Shown here: positions 1 through 9,302 of the stretch, piece after piece | How the letters are laid out: each line of letters starts with the position of its first letter | Numbering within the stretch: position 1 is the first letter of the stretch | Source of the DNA: Candidatus Magasanikiibacteriota bacterium | GTDB taxonomy: Bacteria > Patescibacteriota > Patescibacteriia > Magasanikbacterales > UBA922 | Length of the DNA: 33,060 nt | Direction of reading: 5' to 3' | Assembly (NCBI GenBank): GCA_041674805.1 | Contig: JBAYVA010000002.1 | Coordinates: forward strand, 149,234-182,293 | The notes under the pieces: generated by a model | The model's input: only the letters and a program-made list of their open reading frames with translations | Databases searched by the model: none | Told to the model about the DNA's origin: nothing | Program-made: the position numbers and the translations under genes

Positions 1-3
1 TTT

Positions 4-1011
4 TTATTTTATTACATTGTTTTGGATTTTGTCGTTTAGAAAAGCTTTGATATTATCAACAGAAGTATCATAAATTCTTTGTAAAGCTTCTATACTATTG
101 AAGGCATTGTGTGGGGTGATAATAGTGTTTGGATGATCTATCAAAATATTTTCCATCAAAGTACGACGTACTTCTTCAGTATTTTTTAAATTTAGAACTT
201 TTTCTGGATTTTGGAAATAAGTTTCTTCTTCCAAAACATCACTACCAATGCCGGCAATCTTGCCTGTTTCAAGTCCCCAAACAAGAGCTTCTGGATCAGC
301 CAGACCACCACGAGCAGTATTGATAATATACACGCCGTCTTTCATCTTTTTGACGGCAGTTTTATTTATCATGTGGTAAGTAGTTGGAAAGAGTGGAACG
401 TGCAATGATATTACGTCTGAGTCAGTATAGAGCTTGTTTAGACTGACATAATTGAATTTGTGGGTCTTTGTTAGTTCTGGGTTTGGAAAAGCGTCGTAAG
501 CTATTACATTGGCTTCAAAACCAGCTAACATATCTATAAGGTGAATGCCTATATGGCCAGTACCAATAATACCAATGGTTTTACCTTTCAAATCAAAACC
601 ACGAAGACCATGATAATCATAAACACCTTCTTTGACAATTTTTACAGATTGAAATAATTTGCGTGATAAAGAAAGGATAAGAGTCATGGCGTGTTGGGCG
701 ACGGTATTTTCACCATAAGTAGGTACATTGCAAACAGTTATTTTCCTTTTTTTGGCTTCTTTCAAATCAATATGATCAAAACCTGTGGAAAAAGTAGCAA
801 TCATTTTTAGTTTTGGTAAATTTTCAAAAACTTGTTTGTCTATTTTGGAATCAACAAATACACCAAGTATTTCTGTATCTTTTTTTGTTTTTTTCAGATC
901 TAATGGTTGTTCTGAAATATCTAAATTGTGTCCTTTGATTTTGTTTCTTAAATAATCTTTTAGATCAGGTGTAATACTTGAAAAAGATATTTTACTTTTT
1001 GTATTTGGCAT
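4..1011 (-). CDS. D-isomer-specific 2-hydroxyacid dehydrogenase (NAD-dependent, D-lactate/glycerate dehydrogenase-like)
   Basis: 335-aa ORF. It has the Rossmann motif GIIGTGHIGIH, NTARGGL, and the catalytic-His segment ITPHNAF typical of this family. Confidence 0.85.
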   Translation of the reverse strand: MPNTKSKISFSSITPDLKDYLRNKIKGHNLDISEQPLDLKKTKKDTEILGVFVDSKIDKQVFENLPKLKMIATFSTGFDHIDLKEAKKRKITVCNVPTYGENTVAQHAMTLILSLSRKLFQSVKIVKEGVYDYHGLRGFDLKGKTIGIIGTGHIGIHLIDMLAGFEANVIAYDAFPNPELTKTHKFNYVSLNKLYTDSDVISLHVPLFPTTYHMINKTAVKKMKDGVYIINTARGGLADPEALVWGLETGKIAGIGSDVLEEETYFQNPEKVLNLKNTEEVRRTLMENILIDHPNTIITPHNAFNSIEALQRIYDTSVDNIKAFLNDKIQNNVIK

Positions 1012-1133
1012 ATTTTTTAAATTATTTTTATTTGTATGTATTATAGCAAATTAAAAGTAGTTAGCAAAATCTGTTAGATAAAAAAACAATCCTTATCAGT
1101 AAAGGATTGTTTTTGTAAGTAAATGAATTGTGA

Positions 1134-1781
1134 TTAAGCAACAACTTCTTCTTCTTTTTTACCTTTTTCTTCTACTTTGATATCTTCAATACTACCAACA
1201 TCACCAGCTTCCATAGCTTTTTGTGCTTCTTCTGAAAGAGGAGCTAATACTTTGGCAAGCAAAGTTTCAGCATCTTCTGTTGAAACAACACCTTTTGGTA
1301 ATTGTAAATCTTTTATCAAGATAGTATCATCAAATGTTTTTAGTGTTTCTAAACTAATTTGTAAAGAAGTAACTAAATTTTCTGGTAAACATTTTACATC
1401 CAAAGTATCTTGCATAATTGCTAAAGTACCAGCAAGTCCTTTTACTGCAGGAGATATACCTACAAATTCTAATTCAATTGTAGCTTCCATTTCAACACCC
1501 ATTTGAATTTGACGTAAGTCAACGTGAGTAATAATATTTTTTACAGGATGATATTGTAAATCTTGAATAAGAACTTTTACTGTTTTTTCGTTGTCCAAAG
1601 TAAAATCAATCAAAGTTGATTCACCTGCTTCGTTGTAAACTTTTGTTAATTCAATCAAATTTACACTTATGGCAACAGATTCACGGTCTGGTCCGTAAAC
1701 TACACCAGGTACCAAGCCTTGTGTACGAATTTCAGCGGCATTTCTACTTGTTCTTTTTTGAGCTTTTAAAGAGTATGACAT
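1134..1781 (-). CDS. rplY: 50S ribosomal protein L25 / general stress protein Ctc
   Basis: 215-aa ORF. The N-terminus KAQKRTSRNAAEIRTQGLVPGVVYGP is the L25/Ctc signature, followed by a two-domain Ctc-length protein with an acidic tail. Confidence 0.9.
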   Translation of the reverse strand: MSYSLKAQKRTSRNAAEIRTQGLVPGVVYGPDRESVAISVNLIELTKVYNEAGESTLIDFTLDNEKTVKVLIQDLQYHPVKNIITHVDLRQIQMGVEMEATIELEFVGISPAVKGLAGTLAIMQDTLDVKCLPENLVTSLQISLETLKTFDDTILIKDLQLPKGVVSTEDAETLLAKVLAPLSEEAQKAMEAGDVGSIEDIKVEEKGKKEEEVVA

Positions 1782-1786
1782 AACGG

Positions 1787-2143
1787 CTATTTTTTAGAAA
1801 TTAAATATTTATTAAATGAAATGTTGTGAATAATTTGGTAAGCTTCTAATAGATTTTCTTCGTTTATGGCTGGTTTATTATAAAATTTTTTAGCATCATT
1901 GAATTCTAGATCACTTACCATCGCTACTAGACTTACACCTATATTGTTTGTGGTGGCTAAAAAAATCATAGAATTGTTACAGGCATTACAATTTAGATGT
2001 AGCATGTGAGATTCTTCAGATTCACCAACTATTTTTATTTGATTTTCTTTTATTTCTTTTTTACAAATAATACACTCTTTCATTATCATAAATTGAGAGC
2101 GAAGGGAGTTTATTATTTGTGATAGATTATTTTTTTTAAGCAT
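1787..2143 (-). CDS. hypothetical small zinc-ribbon protein
   Basis: ORF with two CxxC pairs (CIIC, CNAC). It ends 5 nt before the L25 start, so it is probably co-transcribed. The ATG at 2143 is preferred over the TTG at 2167. No family recognised. Confidence 0.45.
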   Translation of the reverse strand: MLKKNNLSQIINSLRSQFMIMKECIICKKEIKENQIKIVGESEESHMLHLNCNACNNSMIFLATTNNIGVSLVAMVSDLEFNDAKKFYNKPAINEENLLEAYQIIHNISFNKYLISKK

Positions 2144-2223
2144 ATAAAAGCGAAAGAAATATAACAAAAAAGCTTAGATTAGTCAAGTACTGGCTGTATA
2201 TAGGTCTCTTAATAATACTAAAT

Positions 2224-3315
2224 TTAAGATGAACGGGCAATACTTTCTGCCATAGCTATTAGTAAAAAATTTATAATAAGTGAGGATCCTCCATAACTTA
2301 AAAAAGGTAGAGTAACCCCTGTAACAGGCAAAAGACCCACAGCGGCTCCAATATTTACAATAATATGAGCCAAAAACACTAGGCTAACCCCCAATGGTAA
2401 ATAAGCTGAAAAATCATCTGTAGCCTTGTTGGCTATGACGACTAAGCGCCAAATAACTAAGAAATATAAAGATAAAACTATGAAGAATCCCAAAAAGCCT
2501 AATTCTTCACCAATTACAGAAATAATAAAGTCAGTTTGTGCTTCTGGTAAAAAGTGTAATTGACTTTGGGAGCCAAAGCCTAGACCTCTACCCATAAATT
2601 GACCAGAGCCAACAGCAATAATAGATTGAGTAACATTGTAACCAGAACCAAGTGGATCGCGAGAAGGGTCAATAAAAGTCAAAATACGTTCTTTTTGATA
2701 ATCTTGAAAAATAAAGAGCCAGCCAGCTACTACAACTAAGACAGCCAAAGCAATAATACCAAATATATATCTTTTTTTGGTACCAACTAATACAATTAAA
2801 CCAAACCAGACTGCAAACAAGATAGAAGCAGATCCTAAATCTGGTTGTAATAATATTAAGAATGCTAAAAAAGCTGTCAAAGAAAACATGACTAAGACAA
2901 ATTGCCATTTATCAAATCGACGAGCTTGTCTTTCAATTCGCCAGGATAGTAAAATTACTAAGGCTAGTTTGGCAAATTCCGCTGGTTGAAAAGAAAAACC
3001 TAAAAAACGAAACCAGCCAGTAGTACCACGAATATTTATGCCCAAAAATAAAACAGAAACAAGTAAAATGAGAGCAAAAATATAAAATAGTTTGGCTGAT
3101 GATTGGTAAAAAGAACTATGTAAAGAAGATGCAATAAAAAAAAGAAAAATGGCAATACCTAAAGAAATGAATTGTTTGCTAGTATAAGTAAGTAAATCAC
3201 CACGAGAAAGGTCTACACTATAAATAGTAGCTAAACCAATTAAAGACAAAATTAATGCTGAAAAAAATAAGATCCAATCAAATTTTCGCCAACTACCTTT
3301 TAACAAATTTAACAT
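2224..3315 (-). CDS. SEDS-family peptidoglycan glycosyltransferase (FtsW/RodA/SpoVE)
   Basis: 363-aa polytopic membrane ORF with typical SEDS segments (QPAEFAKL, GSGQFMGRGLGFGSQSQLHFLPEAQTDFI, LPFLSYGGSS). Confidence 0.9.
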   Translation of the reverse strand: MLNLLKGSWRKFDWILFFSALILSLIGLATIYSVDLSRGDLLTYTSKQFISLGIAIFLFFIASSLHSSFYQSSAKLFYIFALILLVSVLFLGINIRGTTGWFRFLGFSFQPAEFAKLALVILLSWRIERQARRFDKWQFVLVMFSLTAFLAFLILLQPDLGSASILFAVWFGLIVLVGTKKRYIFGIIALAVLVVVAGWLFIFQDYQKERILTFIDPSRDPLGSGYNVTQSIIAVGSGQFMGRGLGFGSQSQLHFLPEAQTDFIISVIGEELGFLGFFIVLSLYFLVIWRLVVIANKATDDFSAYLPLGVSLVFLAHIIVNIGAAVGLLPVTGVTLPFLSYGGSSLIINFLLIAMAESIARSS

Positions 3316-3318
3316 ATA

Positions 3319-4203
3319 CTACTGTAACAAATAAACATTTTTATCAAAAACATTGATGATAGGCTGTAATTCGATAGAATCAACTTCTAAATAATTGTTG
3401 AACAAAGAAAAACTAATGTCTTTTTTTGATAAACCTACAAAATTATTTATATATAATGGCAAAAAGCCAATAATAGTTTCATTTTGTTTTAAGACTATAA
3501 TAAAGTTGATTTCTTTGTAGCCAAACAAAGTATTGTTTGTTATATCAAAACTTAATAATTTTCCACTACTTTCGGTAGTACCACCAAATTGAGAAAATTG
3601 TAGATTTTCTATGGAGAAATTGAGACGTTCTTCTTTGTAAGAAATAGGATCAAAAATTTCGTGAGCATCAATTCTAGACCATGCAATATCTATAATATTT
3701 ATTTGATTGTTTTGGGGAATATAGTTTGGTGAATCTACTCCAAATTCAATCAAAAATCTATTTTCGTTTGGAGAAATAATTACAGTTTTTGTCTCAGTTT
3801 CACCTTCTTCTAATATAAAATTGTAAGAAACAGAAGCTAACCAATTTTTGTTAGAATTATAAACATTGATAGCATAATCATATTTTCCGTTGGAACTTGG
3901 AAAAATATATTTATCTCCAAATTGTAAATCTTGAGGTTTATTTTTTTGAAAAATTTCTTTGGGAATTTGAGTATTAAGCATTTGATTGATATTGGCTTTG
4001 TCTATATTGTAATCAAAGAAAAAATATTTACCAAAATAAAACAAAGCAAACAAAATAGAAAGCACTGACCATGCTGCCAAAAGTCCTATCACAATTTTTC
4101 TAAACAAAATTTTGTGATTCAAATAAAATTGTGCCAATTTTATACTACTATTAGAAAAGTCACCGGAAGTATCTATATAACTTTCAAATTTTTCATTTTT
4201 CAT
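3319..4203 (-). CDS. hypothetical single-pass membrane protein
   Basis: 294-aa ORF with one N-terminal TM helix (IVIGLLAAWSVLSILFALFYF) and a beta-rich extracytoplasmic part. It stops 3 nt before the SEDS gene start. No family recognised. Confidence 0.55.
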   Translation of the reverse strand: MKNEKFESYIDTSGDFSNSSIKLAQFYLNHKILFRKIVIGLLAAWSVLSILFALFYFGKYFFFDYNIDKANINQMLNTQIPKEIFQKNKPQDLQFGDKYIFPSSNGKYDYAINVYNSNKNWLASVSYNFILEEGETETKTVIISPNENRFLIEFGVDSPNYIPQNNQINIIDIAWSRIDAHEIFDPISYKEERLNFSIENLQFSQFGGTTESSGKLLSFDITNNTLFGYKEINFIIVLKQNETIIGFLPLYINNFVGLSKKDISFSLFNNYLEVDSIELQPIINVFDKNVYLLQ

Positions 4204-4291
4204 AAAAAATACTAAAATTAGAACAATTTTATTATATCAAAATAATTACAAAAAGTCTACAAATTATTTTTTTAATTTTAAGTTTCAGCTC

Positions 4292-4320
4292 TTGTCTTGG
4301 CAAACAAACTGTGTTACAAT
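4292..4320 (+). promoter_or_regulatory. sigma70-type promoter candidate for gyrB
   Basis: TTGTCT, a 17-nt spacer, then TACAAT with a TGn extension (tgttacaat), about 45 nt upstream of the gyrB ATG. Confidence 0.5.
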
Positions 4321-4360
4321 TTAATCCGTAATAAAAATATCAATTAAATAGAGTAATTAA

Positions 4361-6406
<2,046 letters not shown>

Positions 6407-6439
6407 AAATCATATAACAAAAAACATATAACATCTAAC

Positions 6440-6469
6440 AAAAAAACACCACTAATCTGGTGTTTTTTG
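6440..6469 (+). terminator. intrinsic terminator after gyrB
   Basis: Hairpin acacca-ctaatc-tggtgt (6446-6463) followed by a T-run. Confidence 0.7.
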
Positions 6470-6529
6470 CTAAAGTAAGCAATTTTTTGATAAATTTTAT
6501 TTTTTAATAATATCCACCACTCTCTACTC

Positions 6530-6558
6530 TTGACAAAGTAACAACTATAAGCTATAAT
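6530..6558 (+). promoter_or_regulatory. consensus sigma70 promoter for the secE-nusG operon
   Basis: Perfect TTGACA (6530-6535), exactly 17 nt, then perfect TATAAT (6553-6558). Confidence 0.7.
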
Positions 6559-6634
6559 TATCTCATAAATCGGTCAAAAGGCCGTTTTTTAATAAAGAAA
6601 ATAAAAGGTTTAAGTTAAGGACTATAATATAGCT

Positions 6635-6679
6635 TAGTCTTTCGGGCATTTCCAGCCTTTTAAGCCTTTCAAGCATTTC
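6635..6679 (+). repeat. phased 9-nt tandem array (RRGCMTTTY x5) in the secE 5' UTR
   Basis: Reads tagtctttc|gggcatttc|cagcctttt|aagcctttc|aagcatttc, ending 6 nt before the ATG at 6686. Confidence 0.85.
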
Positions 6680-6685
6680 TAGAAT

Positions 6686-6880
6686 ATGAAATTTTTTAAA
6701 TCTATCGGTCAATATATCATAAATTCTATTCACGAATTAAAAAAAGTAACTTGGCCAACAAAAAAACAAGTTTTGACATACACTTTAGTCGTAGTTGTAA
6801 TGAGTTTGGCTGTTGCTGTTTATTTTGGTGTTTTAGATTATGGTTTTAATTGGTTATTTGAACTTATAATTACAAAATAA
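6686..6880 (+). CDS. secE: preprotein translocase subunit SecE
   Basis: 64-aa ORF with the ELKKVTWPTKKQV motif and a single C-terminal TM helix, immediately upstream of nusG (canonical synteny). Confidence 0.85.
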   Translation: MKFFKSIGQYIINSIHELKKVTWPTKKQVLTYTLVVVVMSLAVAVYFGVLDYGFNWLFELIITK

Positions 6881-6883
6881 AAT

Positions 6884-7429
6884 ATGTCCAAACAACAAGA
6901 AAATTTGGGTCGTCGTTGGTATGTCATTCATACTTATAGTGGCTACGAAGAAAATGTTAAACACAATTTGGAGCAACGTGTTGAATCTTTTGAAATGACA
7001 GATAAAATTTTTCAAGTTCTTATTCCAAAAGAAAAGAAAATTAAAATCAAAAATGGTAAACGTACTGTAGTAGAAGAAAAAATTTTTCCAGGTTATGTTT
7101 TAGTAGAAATGATGGTAACAGATGATTCTTGGTATGTAGTACGTAATACACCAAATGTCACAGGTTTCATAGGTACTGGTAATACTCCAACTCCAATTGA
7201 TGCCAAAGAAATGGTGGCTCTTTCTAAGAGAATGACAGTAGATGAACCTACTCACAAAATTGATATTGAAATAAATGCTCCTGTAAAAATTTCAGATGGT
7301 CCTTTCAAGAATTTTGAAGGTAAAGTAAGTGAAGTAGATGAATCAAGAGGAAAAATCAAAGTATTGGTCAATATGTTTGGACGTGAAACACCAGTAGAAT
7401 TGGATGCTTTGCAAGTGAAAAAAATATAA
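6884..7429 (+). CDS. nusG: transcription termination/antitermination factor NusG
   Basis: 181 aa. It has the NGN domain start RWYVIHTYSGYEENV and FPGYVLVEM, plus a C-terminal KOW (VKISDGPFKNFEGKV). Confidence 0.95.
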   Translation: MSKQQENLGRRWYVIHTYSGYEENVKHNLEQRVESFEMTDKIFQVLIPKEKKIKIKNGKRTVVEEKIFPGYVLVEMMVTDDSWYVVRNTPNVTGFIGTGNTPTPIDAKEMVALSKRMTVDEPTHKIDIEINAPVKISDGPFKNFEGKVSEVDESRGKIKVLVNMFGRETPVELDALQVKKI

Positions 7430-7430
7430 C

Positions 7431-7475
7431 AAAAAGGCCTGAAAGGCCTAAAATGCCAGAAAAGCTAAAAAGGCT
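7431..7475 (+). repeat. inverted copy of the 9-mer word array (left arm of the nusG-rplK spacer element)
   Basis: The sequence aaaaaggcctgaaaggcctaaaatgccagaaaagctaaaaaggct is about 75-80 percent complementary (by eye) to 7549-7593. Confidence 0.7.
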
Positions 7476-7548
7476 ATTACTACCTTTTGCTTCTAACTTT
7501 TCTAGTATTTCCAGCCTTTCAGAAAAATAATAACTTTAACAAAAAATT

Positions 7549-7593
7549 AGGCATTTCTGGCTTTTCGAGCCTTTTAAGCCTTTCAAGCTTTTA
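7549..7593 (+). repeat. phased 9-nt tandem array (RRGCMTTTY x5) in the rplK 5' leader
   Basis: Reads aggcatttc|tggcttttc|gagcctttt|aagcctttc|aagctttta, ending 6 nt before the ATG at 7600. Confidence 0.85.
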
Positions 7594-7599
7594 AAATAT

Positions 7600-8022
7600 A
7601 TGGCAAAAAAACTAAAAACACAAATAAAATTACAAGTAGTCGGTGGCGCTGCTAATCCAGCACCTCCAATTGGTCCAGCTCTTGGTCAACATGGTTTGAA
7701 TATTCAAGATTTTTGTACTCAATTCAACAATGCAACAAGTGATAAAAGAGGTGAAGTAGTTCCTGTTGTTATCAATGTTTATGATGACAGAACTTTTGAC
7801 TTTATTACAAAAGTAGCTCCTGCAAGTGAACTTATCAAAAAAGCTGCTGGCATTAGTAAAGGTGCTGGTAATCCTTTGAAAGATAAAGTTGGCAAAATTA
7901 CCAAAGCTCAATTGAAAGAAATTGCTGAAAAGAAAATGGAAGATTTGAATGCTCATGATATTGAGTCTGCTATGAAAATTATTGCTGGTACAGCAAAACA
8001 AATGGGTGTACAAGTTGAATAA
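7600..8022 (+). CDS. rplK: 50S ribosomal protein L11
   Basis: 140 aa with the canonical L11 sequence ([31 protein letters not shown]). Confidence 0.97.
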   Translation: MAKKLKTQIKLQVVGGAANPAPPIGPALGQHGLNIQDFCTQFNNATSDKRGEVVPVVINVYDDRTFDFITKVAPASELIKKAAGISKGAGNPLKDKVGKITKAQLKEIAEKKMEDLNAHDIESAMKIIAGTAKQMGVQVE

Positions 8023-8043
8023 TTTTTACATTTAGAATATTTC

Positions 8044-8079
8044 AAAACAATCCTGATTTAATTGGGATTGTTTTTTTTA
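8044..8079 (+). terminator. intrinsic terminator after rplK
   Basis: Stem aacaatcc (8046-8053) pairs with ggattgtt (8065-8072), followed by a T8 run. Confidence 0.7.
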
Positions 8080-8092
8080 AATTATTTTGGGA

Positions 8093-8120
8093 TTGCTTTT
8101 AATACTAAGTGTGTTAGAAT
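8093..8120 (+). promoter_or_regulatory. promoter candidate for the DUF3048 gene
   Basis: TTGCTT, a 16-nt spacer, then TAGAAT with a TGn extension. Confidence 0.4.
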
Positions 8121-8147
8121 ATATGTTATAAAAGTAATTTTTATTTT

Positions 8148-9266
8148 ATGAAAAAAATTAATCAAAAAGGTATTTATATTATTGCTGCAGTATTTTTTTT
8201 GGCAGGTTTGGCTTTATTGATTATTTTTTATAGTAATATTTTTTTTGCTAAAAATAAAGTAAATGATGATATTGTAAATATTCAAGAAAACAATGTTACA
8301 AATGAAGTAAAGGAAGTTTGTGATTTTGTTCGTCTTTTGGATGGTGTATGTGTAAAAACACAAGAAGAAACAAATCCAGAGTTAGTAGCGGTGATGATAG
8401 AGAATCATACTGAAGCTAGACCTCAATCTGGTTTGGCTTATGCTTCTGTGGTATATGAAGCACCTGTTGAAGCTAATTATTCTAGGTTTATGGCTATTTT
8501 TTCAAAAGATGTGGATGTAGCAAAGATAGGTCCTGTACGTAGTGCACGTAAATATTATTTGGATTGGTTGCGTGAGTATGGCAAAGATATTATGTATATG
8601 CATGTTGGCGGTTCACCAGAAGCTTTACAAATTATAAAGACTGATAAGAATATTTTTGATTTCAATGAATTTTCTAAAGGTCCTTATTTTTGGCGTAGTA
8701 CTGATAGATATGCTCCACATAATGTTTATACTAATAGTGAGAATTGGCAAATAGCTTGGGAAAAATTAGGTACCAAAGAAAATACAGAATTTAAAACTTG
8801 GAAATTTGAAAGTTTAGAAAATTGTATAAAAGAAGAAGATAATTGTGTAAATAAAATTACTGTCTCATTTTTGCCACCAACTTATGAAGCTGTTTGGAAT
8901 TATAGTAGTAGTACAAAAAAATATTTACGTTCACAAATAGAAGGTAAACATCGTGATTTAGATGGTACGGTAATAGAAGCGGATACTATCATTGTGCAAA
9001 AAGTGACAAGTAAAGTTTTAGATGAAGTAGGTCGTTTGCAAATAGATACTATTGGAAGTGGCGAAGCTATTATTTTTCAAAATGGACACATATTAGAAGG
9101 TACTTGGAAAAAAGAAACAGTGACTGGTCGTACTAGATGGTTAGATAAAAGTGGTAATGAAATACCTTTGAAAGCTGGAAAGATTTGGATTGAAGTGGTG
9201 AATGAGAGAGGAAATGTGGAATGGGGAACCCTCCCAGACGGCGGGCAAGCGGGGAATGTGGAATGA
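8148..9266 (+). CDS. DUF3048 (YerB-like) domain protein, membrane-anchored or secreted
   Basis: 372 aa with an N-terminal TM or signal helix. The segment VAVMIENHTEARPQSGLAYASVVYEAPVEANYSRFMAIF...GPVRSARKYYLDW matches my recollection of DUF3048. The last ~20 aa derive from a GC-rich repeat element. Confidence 0.75.
   Translation: MKKINQKGIYIIAAVFFLAGLALLIIFYSNIFFAKNKVNDDIVNIQENNVTNEVKEVCDFVRLLDGVCVKTQEETNPELVAVMIENHTEARPQSGLAYASVVYEAPVEANYSRFMAIFSKDVDVAKIGPVRSARKYYLDWLREYGKDIMYMHVGGSPEALQIIKTDKNIFDFNEFSKGPYFWRSTDRYAPHNVYTNSENWQIAWEKLGTKENTEFKTWKFESLENCIKEEDNCVNKITVSFLPPTYEAVWNYSSSTKKYLRSQIEGKHRDLDGTVIEADTIIVQKVTSKVLDEVGRLQIDTIGSGEAIIFQNGHILEGTWKKETVTGRTRWLDKSGNEIPLKAGKIWIEVVNERGNVEWGTLPDGGQAGNVE
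9200..9266 (+). repeat. GC-rich hairpin element, short copy
   Basis: GGAATGNGG words flank ccctcc-cagac-ggcggg (9229-9245) followed by caag. It is homologous to 9532-9606 and very GC-rich for this genome. Confidence 0.7.
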
Positions 9267-9269
9267 CAT

Positions 9270-9302
9270 ACAGATTACAGATTGTACAGATTTACAGATG
9301 TG
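9270..9302 (-). repeat. ATCTGTA-type heptamer array, orphan copy
   Basis: The plus strand reads acagattacagattgtacagatttacagatgtg. Together with the preceding cat it shares a 16-nt identity with the prfA leader at 11390-11405. Confidence 0.8.

Noticed and set aside
4204-4360. The divergent intergenic region next to gyrB might be a replication origin.
   Set aside because: There is no cluster of DnaA boxes (TTATCCACA or its complement) and no dnaA or dnaN nearby. Only a single weak box-like atatccacc is seen, at about 6511.
6635-6685. The 9-nt (3-codon) period arrays might be translated N-terminal extensions or small repeat peptides.
   Set aside because: An in-frame TAG at 6680 lies upstream of the secE ATG. 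The arrays in the rplK and rpmE leaders also lack an upstream in-frame start. Only the CNNM copy is open, and there only from a GTG.
7549-7599. The rplK leader might be the classical L1-binding mRNA site that mimics the 23S rRNA L1 stalk.
   Set aside because: I cannot see the conserved L1-site motif, and the sequence is instead a simple 9-mer array shared with unrelated genes.
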